A stretch of DNA of 63,982 nucleotides, filler included, from Octopus bimaculoides (Eukaryota): NCBI RefSeq assembly GCF_001194135.2. It is 4 parts of 4 records of this genome, joined end to end, with 100 filler letters (N's around TTAATTAATTAA, not from the genome) between each part and the next. Parts side by side here need not be neighbours in the genome. Positions count along the whole stretch, not along the records: positions 1 to 27,375 come from NC_068998.1; 3 more parts are not named here. One strand, 5' to 3'. Position numbers and translations under genes: made by a program. Below, in pieces: positions 1 through 13,760 of the stretch; the first letter of the stretch is position 1, and the number at the start of each line of letters is the position of its first letter. A model generated the notes under the pieces. The model made no database searches and was not told where the DNA came from. It saw only the letters and a list, made by a program, of their open reading frames with translations.

Positions 1-376
1 CCCCCCACCCCCACTCGTCATCATCTACAAATGTATTGACCGATGTCCAGCTTTTCCTATTCCCTGCTTCTCCGTCATGTCTGCCTGTCTTCAGCTCGCC
101 AACTCTGTCGTATTAAAAACTGGCTGGCTAGCCAGACAATAACATCGGCAGCAACAGCAGCAACGCCAACAATAACAACACTAACAATTACAATAACAGC
201 AGCAGCGGCAGCGGTAGCAGCAGCAGCAGCAGCAGTGACAACAATGTCTTTTGCCAAGCAGCATCATTATTCCAAGTGGAATCCATCATAGTACTATTGA
301 CCAAGTACGGTCAGCTTCCCTTTTAGCTTATGTCCCTTACTCTTTACCTCATTCCATTCTGATATTGGGTCTCGCG

Positions 377-415
<39 letters not shown>

Positions 416-960
416 TGTGTGAGGGGGTGAGAGAGAGAGACAGAGAGAGAGTGGCAATGTATGAAGAATGACTAACCTGACCGACTTCTTTGGAATGAGA
501 GTTCAATCTAAATAATGGCTCAAAGAATGGCATTACCTAAAAAGTTCTTAACGAAAAAATCTTGGATGCTTTTCCCCGTCGTTTCTTTTTTCCTTCTTGC
601 TTTCCTTCTTCCTTTCCTTCTTCCTTTCTTTCCTTCTTCCTTTCTTTCCTACTTTCTTTCTTTTCCTTCTAATTTCTTTTTATGTCTCTTTTTCCTCTCT
701 TCCTCCTCCTCCTGTCGTTTTGGTTCTGCTCTTCTTAGGCTATTTCTGCAGTTCCTTCATGGTTTTAAGGAGGAAGAGAAAGACTAAGACTGCCACCCCC
801 ACCGCCCAAAAATACAAAAAAAAAAGAGAATAATAATGATGGTTTCATTTAAGGATGAACAAATATAATCATATAATAATCATCGTTTCTAAGTTGTATT
901 AAATAAAATTCTTTAACAAAAAATAAATAAATGAATGAATAAATAAAATAAAATGAAATA

Positions 961-1054
961 TAGGCAAAGGTAAATAGTTTGCTTACCAACCACATGGTAC
1001 CGGTTTCAGTCCCACTACGTGGCACCTTGGGCAAGTGTCTTCTACTATAACCTC
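961..1054 (+). mobile_element. SINE family A, partial head running into an N gap
   Basis: TTGCTTACCAACCACATGG...TTCAGTCCCACT.CGTGGCACCTTGGGCAAGTGTCTTCTACTAT matches the copies at 1436, 20884 and 46661. Confidence 0.8.
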
Positions 1055-1154
1055 NNNNNNNNNNNNNNNNNNNNNNNNNNNNNNNNNNNNNNNNNNNNNN
1101 NNNNNNNNNNNNNNNNNNNNNNNNNNNNNNNNNNNNNNNNNNNNNNNNNNNNNN

Positions 1155-1197
<43 letters not shown>

Positions 1198-1435
1198 ATA
1201 ATACGTACACATCTATTATATACCGTAAGTTCCACTGAATACTTGGAATCGAACCTCTCTCTCTCTCTCTCTCTCTCCGGACACCTTTGCTTCACTCTTT
1301 GATTTCGTTCTTTGAACGAGGTGGCACGTCAGTGGTCCTATTCTTCCAGTTAATACTCTCTGTTATGAGTTTGCTCTTGTTTGTCTTCTGAAGAGGTGAT
1401 TTTCTAATCATTACACACACACGCATACATAGATG

Positions 1436-1594
1436 AAGGCGCGGCTGTGTGGTAAGATGTTTGCTTCCCCAACCACATGGTTCTGGGTTCAGTTCCACTG
1501 CATGACACTTTGGGCAAGAGTCTTCTACTAAAGTCTCGGGCTGACCAAAGCCTTGTGAGTGGATTTGGAAGACGGAAACTGAAAGAAGCCCATC
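1436..1594 (+). mobile_element. SINE family A (tRNA-derived, CORE-like motif), 5' half
   Basis: A-box-like GGCTGTGTGGTAAG, B-box-like GGTTCAGTTCC, CTTTGGGCAAG core-like motif, ends GAAAGAAGCCC then (TA)n(TG)n. Confidence 0.85.
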
Positions 1595-2254
1595 ATATAT
1601 ATATGTGTATGTGTGTGTGTGCGCGTGTGTTCAGACCAAGAAAACAGAAAGCTATCTTTTTGGAAAATCTCGTTGTTTTGGAATTTTTTCCTTACCTTTT
1701 GGTTTTGGTGAGATCGGGCTTGAGTATAGTCAATCACCATCGTCATCACCAGTACCGCCATCATCTCCACCACCCACTATCTCCACCATTACCACCACCA
1801 CCGCCACCGCCACCGCCATCATCTCCACCACCGTACCCCTAAGCCGTTTGTAACGTTTAACTGAGTCACAAGAAATAATGAAGGTGACAGTTATTTAGCA
1901 TCCGATACTTTTGAGTGCATCGATAGGTTTGTTGATTTATCGAAAAGAAAAGATATGAAAATTTTCCCCTCTTTGTCAGTGTTTATATGCTTAGTGAGTA
2001 AGTACGCAGCACCTGAACAAAAATAATCAATAAATACACCAACGCATTTAGAGAACGCTATTTGAGACGCTGGGAAAATTTGGTTCCGTTGTTTTATATC
2101 AGAAAATATCGCTATATATAAAGAGGTATATAAAAACGTAGATAAACGGCTCTCTAATACACTTTTCGTTGGTGTCATTTGAGGAGCCTTATAAAATGGA
2201 AAGGATTTTTATTCGGCAGTGGCACTACCTAAGCCTTTATCGAAAGCGAAATAA

Positions 2255-2430
2255 GCGTTAGTTGATCGAATCGTAAGCAAATCGAATTTTCTGTGCACTT
2301 CAGGATATCCTTGACGAATAGATGAAAGTGGAAGTGTGGAGTGATGCAAGGAACAGCCATTGTCCCAGTGCTATTTGTGGGGACGTGATGTGATATATCT
2401 AATATCTGTACGAACAGAATGTTATTGTCG
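2255..2430 (+). mobile_element. Highly decayed CR1/L2-type LINE reverse transcriptase fragment
   Basis: Manual translation gives SNRKQ, then GVMQGTAIVPVLF (2338-2376; cf. RT motif GVPQGSVLGPVLF), then MLLSD at the expected FADD position; stops and frameshifts present. Confidence 0.5.
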
Positions 2431-2603
2431 GATGTTCTCCCAGCCTAGATATCTTCACGTAAAGAAAATTTGAAATTTTAAAAACTTTTCGGTTCCTGTG
2501 GATTATCCTACAAAAAACAAACGTAAAGTGTGGATAGCAAGGAGCAGTATAGAGTACTCCCCGCCCAAATACACCAAGGTATTTCCAAATTCATACTTAC
2601 AGT

Positions 2604-2664
<61 letters not shown>

Positions 2665-2676
2665 TATATATATATG

Positions 2677-2739
<63 letters not shown>

Positions 2740-3019
2740 GTATATATGTATATATATGTATATATATGTATATATGTATATATATGTATATATATATATA
2801 TATGTATATATGTATCTATATATATATGTATCTATATATATGTATGTATATGTATGTATATATATATTTGTATATATACAAAAAAAGGTTGGGGTAAAAT
2901 GAACTCCTGGTCATTGCTGTCTTTAGATCTGGAACGCATGGGGCCGGTGGTTATTCGATTTCTATGCCGTATATATGGCTGTGATCACATCATTTCTCCT
3001 GAAAGAGCCGCCTGTTCGT

Positions 3020-3152
3020 CACAAACGTGAAATGATGTGTTTTTTCTCAAGAACACATCGCACCGCTTGCCCGCCCAGTATGGAGATCGAAATTACGGTC
3101 TTATGATTGTAAACGCAGCACCCTAACCACTAGCCCACGCGCCGCCTTCACA
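3020..3152 (-). mobile_element. tRNA-derived SINE head related to family C
   Basis: Reverse complement GGCGCGTGGGCTAGTGGTTAGGGTG...TTTCGATCTCC resembles the heads at 34800 and 36303. Confidence 0.6.
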
Positions 3153-3932
3153 ATGTAAAAAAAAAAGAAAAGAAAAAGAAAAGGTCGAAGATAACTGAGA
3201 AATATATTTTCCCCGCGAGAAAATTATCTGATGTGAAATATGCCAACCATTAAACAATGGGATCACGAAGGGTTATGGGTTTACCAAAATGGTTCGCCGT
3301 AGTAATAAAAGAATGAGAATGACTGACTTGGATTCTTCATTCGAGACAGTTAATGCTACTTTATCTCGGAGAAAGTACCACCACCGTAAGAGAAGTAGAG
3401 AATAGTTGTAAAAGATATCATCGAAAGACATGATGGTCACGTCTAAGAAGCCATATTGAGTCAATGACGTAAGGAGGAGGCCCTTAGGCTAACAGACAAA
3501 TGGTTGATCATTCAGCCCATGACCACCTCACCGAGCTTTTAGAATTCTATGTGATTATATTGTTTCTTTCACTAAGACCACTTTCCTCCGTCATTGCTTC
3601 GTATTCCTTGCTTCCATTGTCTTCCATCTTCCCTTTGCCCCCACCTCACTCACTCTCTCTCTCTCTCTCTCCTACACTTTTCTTTCTTCCACCTCTCTTT
3701 CCTCCACCTCTCACTCCCCTACCTTTCTTCCCCCACTTGTCTCTCCTCCATCTCTCCCTGCCATTCTCTCCCTCTCTCTCTCTCTCTCTCTGGTCCATCT
3801 TTTTGTCTGTCCTCTGTCCACCTCTCTCTCTCTCTCTCTCTGGTTACTCTTTTTCTCTGACCTGTCCTCACTGCTATCTCTCTTCCTATCTCTGTCTCTT
3901 TGAAACTCTCTGCCTCTCTCTTTCTCTCTCTT

Positions 3933-3988
<56 letters not shown>

Positions 3989-4334
3989 TCTACTTCTGTT
4001 CTCCCATAAGTGCCCTGTCTAGACCAGGAACAATTACGTAATGTCTAGTTCTTCACACCATTTAAAAACCATCACAGTTTGGCCATGCTGGGGCAGAATC
4101 GGTGAACGCCACTGTGCTACCGTATGGCTATTTCTTTTTTTTTATATTTTATATTATTTATTTATTTATTTATTTATTTATTATCGGTGGAAATTTGCAC
4201 TTCATTTCACAAATCTATTTAATGCTTTCCGGAAAGGTACAAATCATCACCATCATCATCATCATTACTTCACTCTCCACCACCACCACTACCATCACCA
4301 CCACCACCACCACCCACCGACCCATAGACACATC

Positions 4335-4535
4335 ATCTAACAATGGAGTTTCTAAGTGATCCTTTGGCCTGCTAAAAGCAGTAACCAAATCTCGCTCAAA
4401 TCTCCTTCACATACGGTCTTCAAATAAAGACATATGAGACGATATATCAATAGTTCTAGAAGCAGTCGACGGGTGAGTCACGGCTGGAATGCATTCAAAC
4501 ATGAGTTGGCTCGATCGGGATTGACCGGGAGACCG
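4335..4535 (+). mobile_element. Short interspersed repeat family D (unclassified)
   Basis: Shares GCAGTAACCAAATCTC and GTCACGGCTGGAATGC blocks with 5450, 9785 and 23535. Confidence 0.55.
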
Positions 4536-4577
4536 TCTCTCTCTCTCTCTCTCTCTCTCTCTAGCTGTCTATCTGTA

Positions 4578-4611
<34 letters not shown>

Positions 4612-4669
4612 GCTGACTATCTGTCTGTCTGTCACTCTGTTTGTTTGTTTGTTTCTCTCTCTCTCACTT

Positions 4670-4704
<35 letters not shown>

Positions 4705-4791
4705 GTCTATCTCCCTGTCTGTCTTTTTGTTTATCTAGCTGTCTGTCTATTTGTCTATCTAGCTGTCTATCTCTGTCTGTCTCTCACCTTC

Positions 4792-4832
<41 letters not shown>

Positions 4833-4857
4833 GTCTCTATCTCTTTCTCTCTCTCTT

Positions 4858-4925
<68 letters not shown>

Positions 4926-5449
4926 AGCTATATTAATAAGTAATCATCTAAGAAATCCGAAGCAGACTTAACTTCCGAATACAACGCATCATCCCGTTTA
5001 ACTCGGCCGAGACGTTTGGCCGACTAACTTCTTGCAAGACGTTCGCTACAAGGATCACATAAAACAACGGCTGAATGAAGGCCATCTTTGGAACTCGGCT
5101 ACCTTGAGATGGAGTTCACCTTTCTGTTCTTACAGTGACTCGGTGGAGGCCTTTCGATGTCGACACGACCCGTGTTTGTTTGTTTGTTGTAGACATTATA
5201 TGTTCATCGAGGACAAGAGTCACATGGACCTGGCTAATCTGGGAATGAGGTCAATAAGGGACATGGGCACTGCCCCGCCTATTCCTGATATATATATTAA
5301 TGTGTGTGTGTGTGTGCGTGTGTATATATATATTTATATATATTTATATATATATATATATATATATATAGTGTGTGTATGTGTATATGTGTGTATGTGT
5401 GACTGTGTGTCGGAAGAAAGAGAGTGAACAATAAGATTATACTATTATA

Positions 5450-5600
5450 AAAATAGCAGGACATTACACGATGTAGTCCAAGATACATTATGTCTGAAAC
5501 AAAAGAAAAAATAACTAAATATAAAAAAGACAAAAGCTGTTCGGACACGGCTTCAATGCATTTGACGGTTGATCTGACCGATGTGGGCTGCAGAAGACCC
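5450..5600 (+). mobile_element. Family D fragment
   Basis: GATGTAGTCCAAGATAC...ATGTCTG and GACACGGCTTCAATGC match other family D copies. Confidence 0.5.
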
Positions 5601-5961
5601 ACCACACCACCACCACCACCAAGAACGAAAACATCATCATCATCATCATTATCGACAACAACAACTACAAGAACCATATCGAGCGTCGTTACACAATATC
5701 AAAGATTCTCTTTCTACTCTATATAATATGGTGACTTGTGCCTATAAGCATGACGTAATTATGTAACACACACGCACACATATACGCACGCATATATACA
5801 TACACACGGATATACACACACACATACACATATAATGAATAACCTTAGATTCAATCAACATAACTATAAAACTCAACCAAATGTACAATACTTTCCTAGA
5901 GACGTGAAACCCGCCATATATATATATATATATATATGCATTATATATATATGTATGTATG

Positions 5962-5994
<33 letters not shown>

Positions 5995-6131
5995 ATATAT
6001 ATATATATATATATGCATTNNNNNNNNNNNNNNNNNNNNNNNNNNNNNNNNNNNNNNNNNNNNNNNNNNNNNNNNNNNNNNNNNNNNNNNNNNNNNNNNN
6101 TATATATGCATTATATATATATGTATGTATG

Positions 6132-6164
<33 letters not shown>

Positions 6165-6356
6165 ATATATATATATATATATATGCATTATATATATACA
6201 TACATACACACACACACATATATATACATATAGGGAGAGAGAGAGAGGGGAGAGAGATGTGTATATTTTGTATATATTACATATGATATATAACTTATAT
6301 TTATGATATATAAATATATATTTCATATATATCATCTGCATTATATATTCTATATA

Positions 6357-6388
<32 letters not shown>

Positions 6389-6398
6389 NNNNNNNNNN

Positions 6399-6437
<39 letters not shown>

Positions 6438-7267
6438 GATCTCAGTAATAACATTGTAGGAAAATAGCGGTGCTCCAGCATGGCCACAGCTCTGAGCTAA
6501 AACTACAAATATATATAATGTATGTATATATGTATATATGTCTGTATGTAGAAAAGTATACACACACACACAAACACCTCGTTGGACATAGTTGTGCTGT
6601 TGTTTATTGTTTGGAGATTTTAAAATATTTTTTCATATATTTTCCTTCCGTTTTTTTTCTTTTTTTTCTTCTTTATTTCGTTTCGTTATTTTTCCTTCGT
6701 CTCCATTATCATTTTTTTTATTTGCATCATTTCGTTCATGCGTTTTGTTCGTTCTTGAGCGAGTGAGTTTAGTTTATTGGGTTGGTTTATCTTTTTACTT
6801 CCATTTTTTTTTGTGCACTTTTTGTCTTTTTGTTTTCTTTTTGGCTTTTTTTGTTCATCTATTTATTTATTTATTTGTCTCCTGGTCTTCCATAACCTCC
6901 AGGTTGTATTATTAAACTGATTTGGCTCTGCCCTTGAAGTAACGCACTAATTATTTGAGATAAAAAGAAAGAATTTTGGCCTTGGTGTATTATGCGACGG
7001 ATGCCATCTGCTTAGCTGGAACACAACACAACACAAGCACACAAACAAACAAACAAATGAACAAATAAAACGCGAATGGCCAAAGAACTGCTTCCCGTCC
7101 ATTTCGGTATTTATTTATTTATGTATAATGGTACCTTAGCTTCTTTCTCTCTTTCTTTTTGTATTTCGCTTGGATCATAATACGAGGAGGAGGAGGGGAG
7201 GCGGTGAAGGTGGACACAGATGACAACAGTTTCGATATAGGCTTACTTACTATCTCTGTCTGTCTGT

Positions 7268-7314
<47 letters not shown>

Positions 7315-8399
7315 ACGCATGCACGCACGCACGCATGCACACGCGTGCGTTCTCGGGGGGTCTTTATTGAATTGACCACTTTTTTCCGCATCCACCCAGG
7401 ACAACCTCACACGTGGCGAACAAAGTTGGCCCCAGCTTATATCTATTCAAGGATTAACTTGACCTTTTTGAACCTTCCCTCCCATTCTTCACCCCGCCCA
7501 TACCCCTCGCCTCCACACTCCTCTTTTACCTTGTGCCTGTTCAACAAATAAATGAATAAATAAATAAAGAAGCAGAGAGCGGTAAAAAAAAATACGTATC
7601 GCGGAAAATGGGGAAAAAAATNNNNNNNNNNNNNNNNNNNNNNNNNNNNNNNNNNNNNNNNNNNNNNNNNNNNNNNNNNNNNNNNNNNNNNNNNNNNNNN
7701 NNNNNNNNNNNNNNNNNNNNNNNNNNNNNNNNNNNNNNNNNNNNNNNNNNNNNNNNNNNNNNNNNNNNNNNNNNNNNNNNNNNNNNNNNNNNNNNNNNNN
7801 NNNNNNNNNNNNNNNNNNNNNNNNNNNNNNNNNNNNNNNNNNNNNNNNNNNNNNNNNNNNNNNNNNNNNNNNNNNNNNNNNNNNNNNNNNNNNNNNNNNN
7901 NNNNNNNNNNNNNNNNNNNNNNNNNNNNNNNNNNNNNNNNNNNNNNNNNNNNNNNNNNNNNNNNNNNNNNNNNNNNNNNNNNNNNNNNNNNNNNNNNNNN
8001 NNNNNNNNNNNNNNNNNNNNNNNNNNNNNNNNNNNNNNNNNNNNNNNNNNNNNNNNNNNNNNNNNNNNNNNNNNNNNNNNNNNNNNNNNNNNNNNNNNNN
8101 NNNNNNNNNNNNNNNNNNNNNNNNNNNNNNNNNNNNNNNNNNNNNNNNNNNNNNNNNNNNNNNNNNNNNNNNNNNNNNNNNNNNNNNNNNNNNNNNNNNN
8201 NNNNNNNNNNNNNNNNNNNNNNNNNNNNNNNNNNNNNNNNNNNNNNNNNNNNNNNNNNNNNNNNNNNNNNNNNNNNNNNNNNNNNNNNNNNNNNNNNNNN
8301 NNNNNNNNNNNNNNNNNNNNNNNAAACAACATTAAACCGGTAATAACTGGCAATAACCGGTTTCAACTAGCATTAATTTGGCACTCTGATAATCGTTTC

Positions 8400-8622
8400 A
8401 AATTTTTGGCCATAAGGCCAGAAATCTTGAAGGGAAGCGGGGAGGGAGGGGAAGAGGATTACATCTACCACAGTACTTGATGGGTGCTTTAGTTTATCGG
8501 CCCCCGAAAGAATGAAAAGCGAAGTTGATCTCGGCAATATTTGAACTCAGAATGTAAAGAGCCCCAAAAATTACCACCAAGCATTTTGTCCAACGCGCTA
8601 ACGATTCTGCCAGCTCACCGCC

Positions 8623-8667
<45 letters not shown>

Positions 8668-8955
8668 CTGATAGTAATAACGTTTTCAAGTTTGGCACTA
8701 AGCCAGTAATTTTCGGGGAGAGGATGAGTCGATAACATCGACTCCAGTACTCAACCGGTTCTTTATTTATCGATCCCCAAGAATGAAAGGCATTTGAACT
8801 CAAAACGTAAAGAACCGGATGAAACGCTGCTATTTTGTCCGGCATGTTAACGATTCTATCTTACGTAATTGATATTAATATAGGCACAAGGTCTGATATT
8901 TTATGGGGGAGAAAGATTGTTAATACCATCAGCTCCAGTAATCGACTGGTAATTG
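8400..8955 (-). mobile_element. Tandem cluster of three SINE family B copies (8400-8623, 8685-8860, 8882-8955) separated by (AAT)n
   Basis: Each shows the reverse complement of GGCGGTGAGCTGGCAGAATCGTTAG...GAGTTCAAAT and/or the GGCCTTGTGCC tail. Confidence 0.8.
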
Positions 8956-9132
8956 CATAATTGTTTTTTAAGAAGAAATATTTATGTAAGTGCTTTCACT
9001 CTCTTCAGCTTTTCAGATACACGTGATACAAGGTAGATATAGATCAAATATGTATGGATGTACATATGCATGTATGTACGTACGTATACGTATACGTATG
9101 TATGTATGTACGTATGTATGTATGTATGTACG

Positions 9133-9164
<32 letters not shown>

Positions 9165-9719
9165 TGTACTACATATGTATGTATAATCTCAACATTCGTA
9201 TGGAATATAGTATTCATTTACGGACCTTCTTATCTGATAACCCTCTCAAAACTTAATCCTTTTACTCGGCTTGTTTCTCCCCCTCCTCTCACATCTCATT
9301 ATCTGCTTTTGTTCTTTCTTGTATAAAGAAATATTCTTCCCGTTATTAATTGGACTTATATTGTGATTAATCGCATATTATATTTCCTTACAAGCATTCT
9401 CGTTATGAGAAGACCGAAAGAGGAGATTATAGGAGGAAGAGAGAGAGAGTGACATAGAGAGGGGGGGGGGCGAAACGAAAGATCGTCTAGATGGTTTTTC
9501 TCTTTGCAACAATTAACTGTCAAGCTTCTGTCTGCCTGTCTCTCTCTCTCTCTCCATCCCTCTTTCTATCAAATCACAAATTGTCATCTTTAAAAAAAAA
9601 GAATAACATATTGAATGTACTCCTTGATAAACTCTTCCTGAAACAGAAAGAAAGACAGTATGGTAATGACAGGAAAATCATTTTAATATAGGTCATCTGG
9701 ATAAAGATTAATCTTCGGC

Positions 9720-9755
<36 letters not shown>

Positions 9756-9784
9756 GCAACAACCACAACTAAAGCTGCAAGTAC

Positions 9785-10110
9785 TTGAGTTAACAAGGGG
9801 ATCCTATGTGGTTGCATGATTTGCCAGAAATAACAGTTAAATCTCTATCAAATTACATATTACCCTCTTCTAAAAAAAAAAAGAAAGAACGCATTGGATG
9901 ATATAGTCCAAGATATACCATGTCTGTAAAACGTAAAATAGTCAGTGAATGAATAGTCCTAGTTGGAACGCTTTTATTCATAGGATTGCACGGTCAAAAC
10001 TGACCCAGGGCTGAAAACAACAACAACAACCAATGATATCAGCTGAAAGTAGTTTTTATATCATCACTGGACTTCCTAGAAATAGCAGCTAAATCTCTTA
10101 TGACTTACGT
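9785..10110 (+). mobile_element. Family D copy ending in (CAA)n, plus an adjacent partial copy
   Basis: CAGAAATAACAGTTAAATCTC, CATTGGATGATATAGTCCAAGATA, terminal CTGACCCAGGGCTGAAAACAACAAC. Confidence 0.55.
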
Positions 10111-11133
10111 TTGCCGTCCATAAAACAATATATATATTAAAAAACATATAAGGACAATTACAAAACAAGGGTCAAGTGAGGTTTAAAACAGAAAACGTTT
10201 AAACAATAAAAAAAACTAACAAAATTCCCCAATAATGGAATAATAATAATAATAATAATGATGATGATGATGATGGTTTCTTTTCTTTGCCACCGGGGTG
10301 AAGGATGAGGGGTGTAATACAAAGACAAACAAAATGTTAGGGGTTTACATATAATGAAATGATTTATAATAATAATAATAATAATAATAATAGTAAAAGT
10401 ATGCATGTTATACAAAATGAACAAAATGTAATGAAAGCTTGTTTCTAATGTTGTCTTTTTTAGAAATTAAACTATACGTCCTTTGATTACTGACCCGAGG
10501 GGGATAGAAATAAAAAAAAAAATTTCTACAAGATTTACTTAATACAGGGTGCCGCCCCCCATCGATTTCCAGATTCACATTCCTTATAAAATGCCGCGTA
10601 GAATATAAGAAAAGGTTTTTCTGCTGCACCCTGTCTAATAATAGAAAGATTCTAAGAACAGTTGACAATAATACTGGCTGTCAGGATCCAAATAAAGACG
10701 AACTGAGGTGTGTGTTTTGATTGTAAAATGCCCCGAGGTATATACGAAAAATTTATTTCAACACAATCTCGCTATATCAGTGTTATTGGTGTTATATTAG
10801 TGTAATATTTTCTCAACCTTTTTCCACTTTTATTTCATCTTGTTAAATTCAACAGAAAATGTCGTTTATATTGTTTTGTTTTTTCTACTCCGAGGGACAA
10901 TAGATCGATAGATCAGTATATGGGTACATTTGAATGGGTTACTGCTATGGTATTTTTGTTGAATGGTATTTTTCTTTTATGCCAAAGAAAAAAAAAAAGC
11001 ACGAAAAACAAAAAGTCACATTATTATTTTTTTCAATCCGCCATGATTCATTCGAAAACCAGTGAAGATAGCCTGGAGCTATTTCAAAAAATAAAAATAT
11101 ATAATAATAAAGAAAGAAAGAAATATTGCTTTA

Positions 11134-11185
<52 letters not shown>

Positions 11186-11268
11186 AATTTATTTGATAGT
11201 GATATGAACTGTTGAGATGGTCAAAGTAATTAAGTTGTTTATAAGTGAATTGAAAAGTTCACAACTCT

Positions 11269-11305
<37 letters not shown>

Positions 11306-11907
11306 NNNNNNNNNNAGGCATTAAAGTATAGCCCTTTTCTCAGCCTCCATGACAAAGGATAGAAAAATAGAAAGAAAAAGTACGAAAGAAATGGCAACGG
11401 AAGGGCCTAATTAAATTAGCAATGATTTTAGTTTAAAACGAAAAAAAATAATAATAATAAACACCAGAACAACAACAATAACAACGATAATAGCAATATC
11501 AACATCAACAATAACAATGATGATGGTTTAAATTAAAAATAGCGACAACGACTTCAACATTAATAAGAACAAGAAAAGCAGCTACGATGATGGCTGCAAC
11601 GATAGCAACAAAAGATGGCAACAATAGCAGTAAAGATAGTTACGAAAATTAGCAACAGCAACAGCAGCAGAAACAGTAACCAAAACAACAACAACAATAA
11701 CAATAGCAACAGCAGCAAGCAACAATAACATCTATAGTAACGATGATAATTGCAAAAAAAAAAAAAAGAATTAACAATAGCAACAATAGCAACAACGCCG
11801 ACGAGCAAAAATAACAGAAATAACTACAACAGCAACAATAATAACAACAGCATTCGCAACAACAACAGTTACTACGGCAAGTGCAATGACAATAACCACG
11901 TAATTAA

Positions 11908-12002
11908 CGACAACAACAACAATTATAACAAAACAGCAACCACGACAACAACAACAATTATAACAAAACAGCAACCACGACAACAACAACAATTATAACA
12001 AA
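11908..12002 (+). repeat. 35-bp minisatellite, about 2.7 exact copies
   Basis: Unit CGACAACAACAACAATTATAACAAAACAGCAACCA starts at 11908, 11943 and 11978. Confidence 0.9.
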
Positions 12003-12420
12003 GATAGCATCAATAATGAATACAGTAGGAAGTCCCCTATCCTAAGAAACACAATAAGAGTTAATGAAGAACCGTTAAATCTAGCGTAATTCCACGAAAT
12101 TCTTTGAATTTATTATATTTCAATTCTCCTCTGAGTTAAATCTGCATTTTGTATTTTCGTCGAAACACCCAGAGAATGATTTCCTGCTAATATTCTAGGT
12201 TAACTGTTCTGTATAGGTGTTTTTATTCTATTGTAATTGGTGTTCTCCGTTTTCCGGATCTTGATTCCATTTTGTTGGTCTTTTTATCATTTTGTGTTAT
12301 TTTATTTATTTTTTGTTTGTGTTAATTCAATTAATGAAATTAAAGTTGAATGAAAAAAATAGCTAATAAAAATTTTAAATATTTGACATTATCTGTCTGT
12401 CTGTCTACCTATCCGTTTGC

Positions 12421-12499
<79 letters not shown>

Positions 12500-12660
12500 C
12501 GTGTTCAGAGTACAAATCACGCCGAGGTCAACTTTACGTCATATCTTCCCTTTCGGGGGTCGATAAAATAATATACCAGTCAAATACTTGGGGACGATAT
12601 GATCGATAAATCCTCTTCCTCTCGAGAATTGATGACCTTGTGCTAAAGTCTGAAATAATT
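12500..12660 (+). mobile_element. SINE family B, 5'-truncated
   Basis: CAGAGTACAAATCACGCCGAGGTCAACTTT...GGGGTCGATAAAATAA...CCTTGTGC. Confidence 0.75.
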
Positions 12661-12899
12661 AGCATGATTATACCTAGCAGTTAAGGTTGTGTGGTATCTT
12701 CACGAGCATCACTCAGAAGTCTTCCATCTTTGGGAAAATGTTCCTTGTTTCAAATTTTTGTCTCTGTTGTTTTTGAATTTTAGATTTTGTACACGGCTTC
12801 GAGTAGCGCCACATCATATCATCCTGTCTTCCTACGCCGTCCTTGCACTTTGTGCAAACGCTTAGTGGTTGATTTAAAAAAAAAGCCATTATGATTATT

Positions 12900-13150
12900 A
12901 TTATGACTCGTGGATTTATGTCGAACAGCCGCTGTCGCGTGTAGGACGAACCCAGCTCTCAGCTGAGTCCTTCTGAAAATTGTTCCGTCGTTACGGGCAG
13001 TGTTTAGATAAATCCGGTGGTCGTAGTGAAAAGAGGTTGCTTGTTGGACCAGACTGAAAGGGCTAAAAATAGACCTTTCCACTTTTGCAAAGTCCACATC
13101 AAATCTTTTTTCTCGGAAAGGAAAGTGAAGAAGGAAGAGGGAAATTCGTT
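12900..13150 (-). mobile_element. Decayed RTE-clade LINE RT fragment
   Basis: ORF 12819-13229 contains RIYLNTARNDGTIFRRTQLRA (cf. RTE motif GIYLxxRxDGxLFNxxRLRA) followed by VLHATAAVRH at the expected LYADDAALVAH position. Confidence 0.5.
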
Positions 13151-13374
13151 GAAGAGTAAGACGAGAGTAAAGAGCACGGTCCAAGTGGACGGGCCTGTAG
13201 ACTGAACGAAGGCAACAGGGGGAGGGCACTTGTCTTAGTGGTGTGGGTGACCGTAGTTTTGAAGGGTTTGCAGTTGATCATTGGGATCAAAGTAGTCGAC
13301 TAGACCCCTCCCCCAAATTCCAGGCATAGTGCCTATAATTAAAAAAATCCTTATTCTGCCAGCCCACCGCCGTT

Positions 13375-13405
<31 letters not shown>

Positions 13406-13434
13406 CAACAACAATGATAATAATAATAATCATA

Positions 13435-13760
13435 GACGCTTTAGGAATGATAGCAAAAGGGGCTGATTGCTGCCTAGCTCAGATACCAGGAAACCCCAAA
13501 ATGGCAGAAATTCAAAAGATAGTGCTCATGGGAACTGCCCATATCCTACGCAAAATACTGTTTATGTAATCTCGAATTTTAAAACAAACACATAATTTTC
13601 TTAAGTTCTCTTAAACATTCTCTAGAACAATACTTTGTACAAAACCAAATATATGGCATCCTAGGCATAACACCAACGTGAACTTCTAACTTGTTGTCTC
13701 TTGAGGTCTCTGGGTGAGACTTGGCACTTGTACAAATACAAAGCAAAAGTCAAACATAAA
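13435..13760 (+). mobile_element. R4/Dong-clade non-LTR retrotransposon, 5'-truncated 3' end
   Basis: 13435-13569 encodes DALGMIAKGADCCLAQIPGNPKMAEIQKIVLMGTAHILRKILFM* (R4/Dong C-terminus), then about 190 nt of 3' UTR; (AAT)n on both sides. Confidence 0.85.

Noticed and set aside
10544-10634. 9-bp inverted repeat ACAGGGTGC/GCACCCTGT as a Tc1 MITE
   Set aside because: Too short, and the TA duplication is present on one side only.
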